Positions 8,576 through 16,065 of a stretch of DNA of 37,360 nt are shown here, one piece after another. The notes beneath the pieces are model-generated. The model made no database searches and was not told the DNA's origin. It saw nothing but the letters and a program-made list of their open reading frames with translations. The first letter of the stretch is position 1, and the number at the start of each line of letters is the position of its first letter. This DNA is from a virus (Duplodnaviria; Caudoviricetes). Position numbers and translations under genes: made by a program. The DNA is taken from the IMG/VR virus record IMGVR_UViG_3300011338_000268, positions 1 through 37,360 of that record; one strand, written 5' to 3'.

Positions 8576-8638
8576 CCGCGCCCAGCGCGCTGTAAATTTG
8601 TTCCCGCGCTCTTTATTTTGAGAAATGCCGGGGCCCAG

Positions 8639-8783
8639 AATCGGCCAGAACCCGAACGGGGTAACCCCCGCTTTAGCGGGGTTTCCCCTTGGGGTTCATA
8701 CCGGCAACGGACATGGAGAGTAGGACGGAGGAATACTATAGGGCGGCGAGTCCTCCCCCTCCCCTCCCTTCCCATGTTTTTAA
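8639..8783. repeat. Structured non-coding element, copy 2; candidate replication origin
   Basis: Paralog of 791-933. Long hairpin GAACCC...CCCCGC-TTTA-GCGGGG...GGGTTC. Purine-rich and pyrimidine-rich arms flank ACTATAGGG. Lies downstream of the primase-helicase/MTase genes. Confidence 0.8.
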
Positions 8784-8813
8784 GGGTTTCTGGCGCGCCC
8801 AAAAAGCGCGCTG

Positions 8814-8853
8814 GGAGGAGACAGTTTTCTGTCCTCCTTCTGTCCTCCTTCTG
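8814..8853. repeat. Iteron-like 11-bp tandem repeat (TTCTGTCCTCC x2.5) with an inverted near-copy
   Basis: TTCTGTCCTCC at 8827 and 8838, TTCTG at 8849, inverted GGAGGAGACAG at 8814. A further inverted copy GGAGGACAGA lies at 763-772, next to element copy 1. Confidence 0.7.
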
Positions 8854-8887
8854 CACTCCAGAAGGATCAAACGCGCGCATCTGGGCG

Positions 8888-10213
8888 TCATAAATGCACC
8901 GCGCAGACTGTGGTGCATATGCCTGTTCCGCTTTCTGCGAACGCCCCGACGGGCAAGTCAGCCCATGTTGGCCTTAGGTCATCAAGTTCGCCGTGATCAT
9001 ACCGCGCTGTCGCCGGCAGGATCGCCACCAACTTCCCTTTTGGCTTCAGAAACCGCAGCGCATGGCGAACGTGCTTTGCATAATGCCGCCCATAGAAAGG
9101 CGGGTTCATAACAACCAAATCAAAATCTCCCGTTGGCACTGTCTCAAGAAAATTGCCGGTCAACACGGCGTGTCCCTTGGCGCGACACTGCGCCGCCCGT
9201 GATGCGTCAAACTCTACGCCGTAGCAATCGGCCCCGGCACTGCGTAAAGCGTCTAAGAACCGCCCGCAGCCGCAAGACGGCTCTAACACGCGCAGCCCTG
9301 TAATGTTGCCCAACCCTACCACGACTTTAGCAACCACCGCGCGGGGCGTCGGGTAATATTGCAGATCCTTGCTGACTTCAGTGCTGGCCTGCTTTTTTGC
9401 GCCCGGTTCGGGGGCGTCTGGCAAAACCGCGCCGTAATATTCTGCAAGCGCGCGGTTTACATCCTTCAGCGTGTCCGGTTCAAAGAACAGGTGGCCGTTG
9501 CCGTTTTGAAACCGTTTCAGCCACACACCGCGCGCCGGGTAGTGCTGCTCTTCTCCTTTAAAATTGACTGCGCTCCACGGCTCTATGAGCGCCTGCCCGC
9601 CTGTGAGCAACTCATCTAGTTCAGCATATTCAACCAGCGGCTTGCGCTGATACGCGGCTAGGGCGTTCAAGATGTCGCGCAGACGATCACGCCCCCATGC
9701 CCCATACCCAGAAACATTTGACAATATAACGCGCTTTGGTAGCCCTGCGACGCCGATCTTAACCTTTTCATGCGACTTGAACGCCGGATCTAAGTTCGCA
9801 AACGTCTCAGCCAGCCCGCGCAAAATTGCCGCCCACGGGTCTGCAAAATAATCACCAAACTCAATCCGGATATTGTCCACAGTAAACGCGGGTGGCTGTT
9901 CAAACATCATGTCAACCCTGCGTTTATCTGCGGCGGGTAGTATATCGGCTAGATTATAAAGGGCGTAAATATGCCGCCACGCCGACTTTAGCAAAACACG
10001 GCGCGCATCTGTCTTAGACACGCGTCCAGTTTCTAGTCGGTCATTTGGAAACGTGCCGCCAATGCAGCAGGCGGCTTTCAAATCAGTTTGCGCCTGTTCA
10101 AACGTGGCGAGGGCGTCATCTAACAAGTCAATCTTTGCGTTATACTCTGCCACGATGTCGCTTGGTTTTCGGCGGCCAGTGGTAACTTCAGTCCCGTGCA
10201 TTATGTAAGACAT
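8888..10213 (-). CDS. N6-adenine DNA methyltransferase with a large N-terminal domain (DUF4942-like)
   Basis: QYYPTP (motif X), VLEPSCGCG (motif I), MNPPF (motif IV). Visibly more AT-rich than its neighbours. Confidence 0.85.
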   Translation of the reverse strand: MSYIMHGTEVTTGRRKPSDIVAEYNAKIDLLDDALATFEQAQTDLKAACCIGGTFPNDRLETGRVSKTDARRVLLKSAWRHIYALYNLADILPAADKRRVDMMFEQPPAFTVDNIRIEFGDYFADPWAAILRGLAETFANLDPAFKSHEKVKIGVAGLPKRVILSNVSGYGAWGRDRLRDILNALAAYQRKPLVEYAELDELLTGGQALIEPWSAVNFKGEEQHYPARGVWLKRFQNGNGHLFFEPDTLKDVNRALAEYYGAVLPDAPEPGAKKQASTEVSKDLQYYPTPRAVVAKVVVGLGNITGLRVLEPSCGCGRFLDALRSAGADCYGVEFDASRAAQCRAKGHAVLTGNFLETVPTGDFDLVVMNPPFYGRHYAKHVRHALRFLKPKGKLVAILPATARYDHGELDDLRPTWADLPVGAFAESGTGICTTVCAVHL

Positions 10214-12399
10214 TATACCGCCTCCCCCCCGTCGATCATATTTTCGACCAGCGCGACCCCGCCTTTGGTCACCGCGTAGGCCTTGCCGCTGTTCTTGCTT
10301 GGGCCTGTATCTTTGAAGTCCACCACCTCCAGCGCGCCCATGCCGACCAGCTGCGACAGCACGCTCAACACGCGGCCACGCGCCGCGCTTTCCTCCTTCG
10401 TCAGCTGCGACTTGACCTTTTCATAGCCCAGATCTAGGCCCAGCGCTTTGGCGACGGGATAGTCAGCACGCGATGCGCCCTTCGTGCGGCGCTCCTGCGG
10501 GGGCAGATCCTGCAACACCTGCACCGCGACCACCAGATCCCCCATGCGCTCCGCCTGCGACGCTGGCGACGGCTTCCACTGCGTCGCGACCGCCACTGTG
10601 TCCTCGTCGTTGTCTGCGTCGCCATTGCCGAACGACACGACCTCGACCTTGAGGTAATCACCACCGAAACTGCGCGGGCCCATGTTCGCCTTTGGACGCG
10701 TCAACTCGCCGTAAAGCGGGCGCTCGCTCTCTGGGATGCCCAGATCCTCCGCATCCTTCGCCGTCATCTCGTTAAGCACCATCGACACGCGCGCCGAGTT
10801 GACGATCGCGCCAGCGCCCCGGGTCGCTGTTGCGGCGCGCGACTTGCCAGCATCGACCGACGCTTTGGATGCGTGATGCAGCAGCAGGATCGCCGCCTTT
10901 GTCTCGCGCGCCACCGATCGAACCATGCCCATCAGCTTTGCCATCTGCACGTTATCGTTTTCTTCGAGTTCGTGCAGTTCCGCGATCGGGTCGAGCATCA
11001 CGACGTCGAGCCTGTTCGCGACGATGATTTTCTTGAGCACGTCGATGTCGACCGGGATCACCTCGCGCAGTTCCTGCGAAAACCGCGCGATCGTGATTTT
11101 GAGTTCATCAATCGATACCACGATCAGCCGGTCTTCAATGTCGGCGCGGGTCAGCCCGTGGATCTGCATTGCCGCGTCGACGCGCTTCGCAAGCTCTTCG
11201 GGCGGATCTTCCGACCAGATCAGCACCCGGCGCGGCTTGCCGACGCGCTCGCCCATCACCGGCTTGCCCGACGCGAGCGACAGCGCCCAGCCAATGGCGA
11301 GCGATGTCTTGCCGCCGCCGCCCGACCCAGCCAAAACTGTAACATATTGACGGATCAGCACATTGCCGAGCAGCCAGCGGCGCGGTTCATACTGATCGAG
11401 CGGGCGCGGGATGTGCCCTGCGACGGGATCCTGCGGCGGCTCGTCCTCCTCGATCGGCAGTTCTGGGTCATCATCCGCCCCAAGCAGCCCGACCAAGGCG
11501 TCGAGCACGGCGCGCTCATCGCGGGGCTTGAACCTGCGCATGGCCCCGTCGAGCGCACGGTCTGCGTCCTTGCGCGCCTTCTGCCACCTGCCCAGCGCCG
11601 CGCCGCCTGTTGGCCGCGCTTCATCGTAAAGCGCCATCAGCGCCGCGAGCGCCGCGTCCTGTTCCACCCCCGCCAGCGCCCACCGCTTGGTCAATTCCAG
11701 CGTCGTATAGTGGAAATCGGTTCCGCTGCGGATCCGCTGTTCCAGATCCTCGACATCGACGCCCGACAGATCCGCGCCAGCATCTGCCGCGCCGCTGACG
11801 CGGTAGGCTGTTTGCATCCGCAGCAGATCCGCGAGCAGCGCGCGCGACATCTCCGGCGGTTCGACATCGTGCATCACCGAATAGCCCAGCGACGGGGGCC
11901 AGACGACAAAGCCGCTCGCGCCCCTGATGTCGATCGCGTCGGCAGTCTTGCGCGATGACACGACGGCCCCAGCGGCTGCAAAGATGAAATGTTTCCCGCC
12001 GCTGGTCGTGCGGTGGATCCGCGCCTGCGCCAGTTCTGCCGCATGGCGCTCAAAAAACGCTTCGGCCACTGGGTCGTCTTTCTTCGCGCGATCGTCATCA
12101 ATCACGACCAGACCCGCTGCACCGGTCGCAACACCGATCGCTGTTGCGCGCTCTCCCGCCTCGATCATCATCGCCTCTATGACGGATCGGTCGCGCGTTG
12201 CCGCATAAAACCCGGCTTTGAAATCATCGCCTGCGCCATGCCCCCAGCAGTGGCGCGCGCAAATATCGCGGTTCAACGCAGGGATCTTGTGCTTTGACCC
12301 CTCTTTATCGGTATAGACATTCACCCAGAAAATCGGGTATTTAGTGCTTGCGGTGATCGCGTCCGCTAGGAGTTGTGTTCGGTCAGTGTTCTGGCTCAT
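10213..12399 (-). CDS. Bifunctional primase-polymerase (Prim-Pol) / RepA-like AAA helicase
   Basis: GVATG..GLVVIDDD, RTTSGGKHFIF and DIRGASGFVVWPPS (Prim-Pol). GSGGGGKT, VVMLDP, LLHHASK and RGAGAI (AAA_25/SF4-like). Confidence 0.9.
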   Translation of the reverse strand: MSQNTDRTQLLADAITASTKYPIFWVNVYTDKEGSKHKIPALNRDICARHCWGHGAGDDFKAGFYAATRDRSVIEAMMIEAGERATAIGVATGAAGLVVIDDDRAKKDDPVAEAFFERHAAELAQARIHRTTSGGKHFIFAAAGAVVSSRKTADAIDIRGASGFVVWPPSLGYSVMHDVEPPEMSRALLADLLRMQTAYRVSGAADAGADLSGVDVEDLEQRIRSGTDFHYTTLELTKRWALAGVEQDAALAALMALYDEARPTGGAALGRWQKARKDADRALDGAMRRFKPRDERAVLDALVGLLGADDDPELPIEEDEPPQDPVAGHIPRPLDQYEPRRWLLGNVLIRQYVTVLAGSGGGGKTSLAIGWALSLASGKPVMGERVGKPRRVLIWSEDPPEELAKRVDAAMQIHGLTRADIEDRLIVVSIDELKITIARFSQELREVIPVDIDVLKKIIVANRLDVVMLDPIAELHELEENDNVQMAKLMGMVRSVARETKAAILLLHHASKASVDAGKSRAATATRGAGAIVNSARVSMVLNEMTAKDAEDLGIPESERPLYGELTRPKANMGPRSFGGDYLKVEVVSFGNGDADNDEDTVAVATQWKPSPASQAERMGDLVVAVQVLQDLPPQERRTKGASRADYPVAKALGLDLGYEKVKSQLTKEESAARGRVLSVLSQLVGMGALEVVDFKDTGPSKNSGKAYAVTKGGVALVENMIDGGEAV

Positions 12400-12402
12400 A
12401 AT
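12373..12402 (+). promoter_or_regulatory. Candidate promoter for the antisense sRNA
   Basis: TTGTGT-N18-CATAAT, overlapping the primase start codon on the opposite strand. Confidence 0.4.
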
Positions 12403-12473
12403 ATCCTCGCTGTTGTGTATCCTTGGCAGGTCTGCACAATAAACCCAAGACTGCGATCACCGCAAGCCTGCAT
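12396..12473 (-). CDS. Candidate 25-aa leader peptide translationally coupled to the primase-helicase
   Basis: Strong SD GGGAGGT 8 nt before ATG 12473. MQACGDRSLGFIVQTCQGYTTARIL*. The stop overlaps the primase ATG (ATGA). Confidence 0.4.
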   Translation of the reverse strand: MQACGDRSLGFIVQTCQGYTTARIL

Positions 12474-12523
12474 GGATCTCTACCTCCCTGACTAATCACC
12501 CGCTCCGGCGGGTGATCTTTTTT
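12409..12523 (+). ncRNA. Predicted antisense/trans-acting small RNA with a suhB/MmgR-like 3' end
   Basis: 5' hairpin 12411-12441 with a UGGC loop, anti-SD CCTCCC-tg-ACT at 12483, and an intrinsic terminator. No plus-strand gene lies upstream to need that terminator. Confidence 0.55.
12495..12523 (+). terminator. Rho-independent terminator
   Basis: ATCACCCGC-TCCG-GCGGGTGAT-CTTTTTT. Confidence 0.8.
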
Positions 12524-12527
12524 CGTT

Positions 12528-12574
12528 GACCGGTCTTGCGGGGGTTGACGGCGCGTTTGATCTGAGCGTATGAC
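12528..12574 (+). promoter_or_regulatory. Early promoter with an upstream GACCGGTC palindrome
   Basis: GACCGGTCTT at 12528, then TTGACG(12545)-N18-TATGAC. Confidence 0.55.
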
Positions 12575-12627
12575 TGAGACCGGGCCGAATGGGCCCACGT
12601 AGCAACGTAAACCGAAAGCGACCTGCC

Positions 12628-13974
12628 ATGATCTTACTACCTCACCAAATCGAAGACGCCGCTTTTCTCGCATCCCGCAAGTTCGCCGGGTGCTTCAGCG
12701 GCATGGGTTCGGGCAAGACCAGAACCGCGCTCGAAGCCGCGCGCCTCGTCGGCGCGGAGTGCGTCGTCATCATCGCGCCGCCCATTGCGCTGCGGATGTG
12801 GGCACGCGAGGCGCGCGACCACCTGATGCTGCCCGCGCAGGTGATCAAGACCGGCGCGAGCAAGATCGACCCGCTCGCCCAGATCCTGATCATGTCCTAC
12901 GAGATCGCCACCAAACGGACGGAGGAGCTCAAGCGCATCGCATCCCCGCTGGCAAAATCGGTCTTGATCTGCGACGAGAGCCACGCGCTCAAGAGCATCA
13001 AAGCCAAACGCACAAAGGCGATCCTTGGGTTCGGTGGGCTGTGCTCCGCGTTCGCCCATTCGTGGATGCTGACGGGCACGCCATCGACGCGCTGGAACGA
13101 CGACCTGATCCCGTTCCTGTTCCGCGCCGCTCCCGAAGCGATGAAGGCGAAACTGGGCGGGCTGTCGATCGAGCGGTTCGAGATCCGCTATACGATCCGC
13201 CAGCAGAAAACATTCCAAGGCGCGCGGTTTCCGGTGTCAATGACTGTCGGATCCCGCAACACTGAGGAACTGCGCGAAATCCTGTATTCTGGCCCGGGCC
13301 GGGTCGCCGTTCGGCGCGAGTTGGCCGACGTCTGGGCTGCTATGCCGCCGATCACGCACAATCGCTATTCGATCCCGCTGTCAGCATCGCCAGAAGTCAC
13401 GGCTGCGCTGGCGGATCTGCGCGCGATGTCGCAGCATCAGGTCGAGGAAAAGCTGGCATCGAAAGACCCGGCGCTATCGACCATCCGCCGCCTGATCGGG
13501 CTGGGCAAAGTTGCTGCTGCTGTCGAGGTGATCGCCGAGCGCGCAAGCGGATTGACCGCTGACGCTGTTCTCGTCGGGGCGTGGCACACCGAAGTCATCG
13601 ACCAGCTGTGCGCCGCTGTGCGCGCCAAGGGGCTGGTCTGCGAGATCCTCGACGGGCGCACATCGATGGCGCGCAAGGCTGAACTGGAAGCCAAGTTCAA
13701 CGCTGGCGAACTCGACGTTCTCGTCGGCCAGATCGGCGCGATGGGCGTTTCGCTGAACCTCCAGCGCGGCGGAAACTGCATCATCGTCGTCGAAGAGGAT
13801 TGGAGCCCTGCTATCATGGATCAGTTTTACGCGCGCCTGCACCGTATGGGGCAGGAGAAGCACGTTCACGTCGACACGCTGGAAAGCGAAACCAAAATCG
13901 ACGACGCGATCCACAAGATCAGCAGCGAGAAGGCCCGCCATCACGCGAAATTGAACGCGGGGGCCACATCGTGA
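12628..13974 (+). CDS. SNF2-like superfamily 2 helicase
   Basis: LPHQ, GMGSGKT, LICDESH, LTGTP, GVSLNLQ and QFYARLHRMGQ motifs. ATG 12628 follows GACCTGCC. Confidence 0.9.
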   Translation: MILLPHQIEDAAFLASRKFAGCFSGMGSGKTRTALEAARLVGAECVVIIAPPIALRMWAREARDHLMLPAQVIKTGASKIDPLAQILIMSYEIATKRTEELKRIASPLAKSVLICDESHALKSIKAKRTKAILGFGGLCSAFAHSWMLTGTPSTRWNDDLIPFLFRAAPEAMKAKLGGLSIERFEIRYTIRQQKTFQGARFPVSMTVGSRNTEELREILYSGPGRVAVRRELADVWAAMPPITHNRYSIPLSASPEVTAALADLRAMSQHQVEEKLASKDPALSTIRRLIGLGKVAAAVEVIAERASGLTADAVLVGAWHTEVIDQLCAAVRAKGLVCEILDGRTSMARKAELEAKFNAGELDVLVGQIGAMGVSLNLQRGGNCIIVVEEDWSPAIMDQFYARLHRMGQEKHVHVDTLESETKIDDAIHKISSEKARHHAKLNAGATS

Positions 13975-14090
13975 GAGATTGGATTGACTTGCTGCTCCCG
14001 CCTGTTCTTGGGATCGCCACCGGTTGCGCCATCATCATATTTGCAAACTGGATCCACCTAGGAACGATTGTTTTGCAGATGTTTAAATGA
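13971..14090 (+). CDS. Small membrane protein (39 aa)
   Basis: GTGA overlap with the helicase stop. MRDWIDLLLPPVLGIATGCAIIIFANWIHLGTIVLQMFK is hydrophobic. Confidence 0.5.
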   Translation: MRDWIDLLLPPVLGIATGCAIIIFANWIHLGTIVLQMFK

Positions 14091-14122
14091 TCACGAAGTA
14101 TTCCAACAAAGGAGACCTGCCC

Positions 14123-14287
14123 ATGACACCTGAAGATTTCAAAAACTGCCCCGGCTGCGAAGGGGGAAAAAACTGGCCTTGGGATCAAACCGCTTGGACG
14201 TGCCCAGTTTGCGCCCTGATTTATCTCGACGACGAAGATGCTGAACTGAACGCAATCAAAAACCAGAACGAGGAGACCTGCCTATGA
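14123..14287 (+). CDS. Small zinc-finger protein (54 aa)
   Basis: CPGC...CPVC. SD GGAG within the GGAGACCTGCC motif. Confidence 0.65.
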   Translation: MTPEDFKNCPGCEGGKNWPWDQTAWTCPVCALIYLDDEDAELNAIKNQNEETCL

Positions 14288-15273
14288 CACCCGAAGACCT
14301 AAAGAACGCGATCCTGCGCGGCGCGGATGTGATCGACGCGCGCAAAACATTTAGCGTTGATCGATCAAAATATCTAAACGCCAGCGAGGCACTGTCGTGC
14401 ATCCGCAAGCAGTGGTTCTCGAAGCACGAACCCAGCGACGCGCCGCAGGATTGGGGCTTTGCCCGGCGCGGAAATCACGGCGAGAAATACGTCGTCGAGA
14501 TGCTGCGCGCATCTGGCGTCGAGTTGATGCTGGCGGGCGATGATCAGGAGAGCGTCGCAGATAACGAACTGCGGATCTCTGCCACGCCCGACGGCGTGCT
14601 GTTCAACGCCTCTGGCGCGCACGTCGCGCTGGAGATCAAGACCATTGATCCGCGCACGAACCGCGCAAACCTGCCGCGCCGCGAACACCTCGCGCAGATC
14701 CAAATCGCGATGGAGCTACTGATCAAAGTCGCGAAACTGGACATATCTCACGGCCTGATCGTTTACATGGACGCATCAAACTACAATCAGCTCGACGTTT
14801 ATGCAATCGGGCGGAACCCGGGGCTGATGGACGATATGGCGCTGCGCGCCAATCAGGTGCTCAAGACCCGAAACGTCGAACGGCTCGACCGGGAGGGCCG
14901 CACGACCGGCGCGTGCAAGACTTGCCCTTACGCGGAACGCTGCGGCGTGGATCTGTCGGAGACAAAGGCGTTCACGCGCTCAAATCGCGGCTCGCAGCTT
15001 GACACAATCGTGCAGCGCTATGTCGAGATCAAGGAGGCGCAGGACGCGCTCTCTGGCGAGAAAGACGCGCTCGCCGAAGAAATCAAGGAGGAACTGCGCA
15101 AGCGCAACACCTCGTCGACCATCGTCGGCGACATTGAGGTCGAACTCGCGAGCGTCGCTGGGCGTTCTAGTCTCGACCAGAAAGCAATGGAGAAGGCCGG
15201 GATTGACCTTGCGCCCTTCAAAAAGATCGGTCTGCCGTCAGAACGGCTGACTGTAAAGTCGCTGGCGAACTGA
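14284..15273 (+). CDS. Cas4-like PD-(D/E)xK exonuclease
   Basis: SCIRKQWF, ATPDG, LEIKT, QIQ and CKTCPYAERC (four Cys, Fe-S-type arrangement). Confidence 0.85.
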   Translation: MTPEDLKNAILRGADVIDARKTFSVDRSKYLNASEALSCIRKQWFSKHEPSDAPQDWGFARRGNHGEKYVVEMLRASGVELMLAGDDQESVADNELRISATPDGVLFNASGAHVALEIKTIDPRTNRANLPRREHLAQIQIAMELLIKVAKLDISHGLIVYMDASNYNQLDVYAIGRNPGLMDDMALRANQVLKTRNVERLDREGRTTGACKTCPYAERCGVDLSETKAFTRSNRGSQLDTIVQRYVEIKEAQDALSGEKDALAEEIKEELRKRNTSSTIVGDIEVELASVAGRSSLDQKAMEKAGIDLAPFKKIGLPSERLTVKSLAN

Positions 15274-15311
15274 TCGCCAGAACGTAGCAACGTGCAAAAT
15301 AGGAGCACAAT

Positions 15312-16010
15312 ATGACCACCTCTTTGACCGCCTATCTATCCTCCGCTGATCTGCCGGACATCTCCGACGACCAGATGATCGCCGCGCTGTCCGACACGAC
15401 CGAAGAGCAACGCACCGGCACTGGGCTGAATGTCCAATATCTCGCCTTCTCTGGCAAAACCGGATCTTACGCGCTGGGCCGTGATCGCACCGACGTCCAC
15501 GACCAGCTGTTCGTCATCGAACCAAAATCAGTGGTCGAAGGCTGGATCTGCTGGAAAGCGAGCAAGCCCGTCGACCGCGTGGAGTGGTCGATCTTTAACA
15601 AGCGCGCCGCCGTGGCGGAGCCAGATCTTCCCGATCACGCGCCCTATAACACGAAGACCGGGGAGGGTTGGCATCGCGCGCTAGGTTTCGGCTGCGTCTC
15701 GATGGACGGCGCGCAGACCAGCGTCAAGTTCGTGACAAACTCTGTCAGCGGCCGCAATGCGATCAGCGACCTGTTGAGCGAGATCGTGCGGCGCATGACA
15801 TCGGGCGCGCCGTCTATGCCGGTGTTTGAGTTCGCTGCGGAACAGTTCACGGCGCAGGGCGCAGTGAACTATAAGCCGAAGTTCGCCATTCACGGCTGGG
15901 TGGCGCGCCAAGAAGTCGAGGCGTTCTTTGCTGGCTCGACTGATCTCAACGCGCTCCTGTATGGTGAAGCTGGCGACACCAACAAGCCCGCAACGCGCGC
16001 TCGCCGCTAA
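15312..16010 (+). CDS. Putative ssDNA-binding/annealing protein
   Basis: Strong SD AGGAG. Sits between the nuclease and the polymerase. Aromatic-rich (GWICWK, YKPKFAIHGW). Confidence 0.6.
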   Translation: MTTSLTAYLSSADLPDISDDQMIAALSDTTEEQRTGTGLNVQYLAFSGKTGSYALGRDRTDVHDQLFVIEPKSVVEGWICWKASKPVDRVEWSIFNKRAAVAEPDLPDHAPYNTKTGEGWHRALGFGCVSMDGAQTSVKFVTNSVSGRNAISDLLSEIVRRMTSGAPSMPVFEFAAEQFTAQGAVNYKPKFAIHGWVARQEVEAFFAGSTDLNALLYGEAGDTNKPATRARR

Positions 16011-16018
16011 AACACCAC

Positions 16019-16043
16019 GGAGGGCGCGCCAGACGCGCCCTCT
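16019..16043 (+). other. GC-rich intergenic hairpin (mRNA stabiliser or attenuator)
   Basis: GGAGGGCGCG-CCAGA-CGCGCCCTCT with no U-tract. Confidence 0.55.
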
Positions 16044-16065
16044 GCCATCATTTAAGGCCTGCCCC

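Noticed and set aside
14284-15273. CRISPR-Cas system suggested by the Cas4-like gene
   Set aside because: No array or other cas genes were seen. Solo Cas4-like nucleases are common in phage replication modules.
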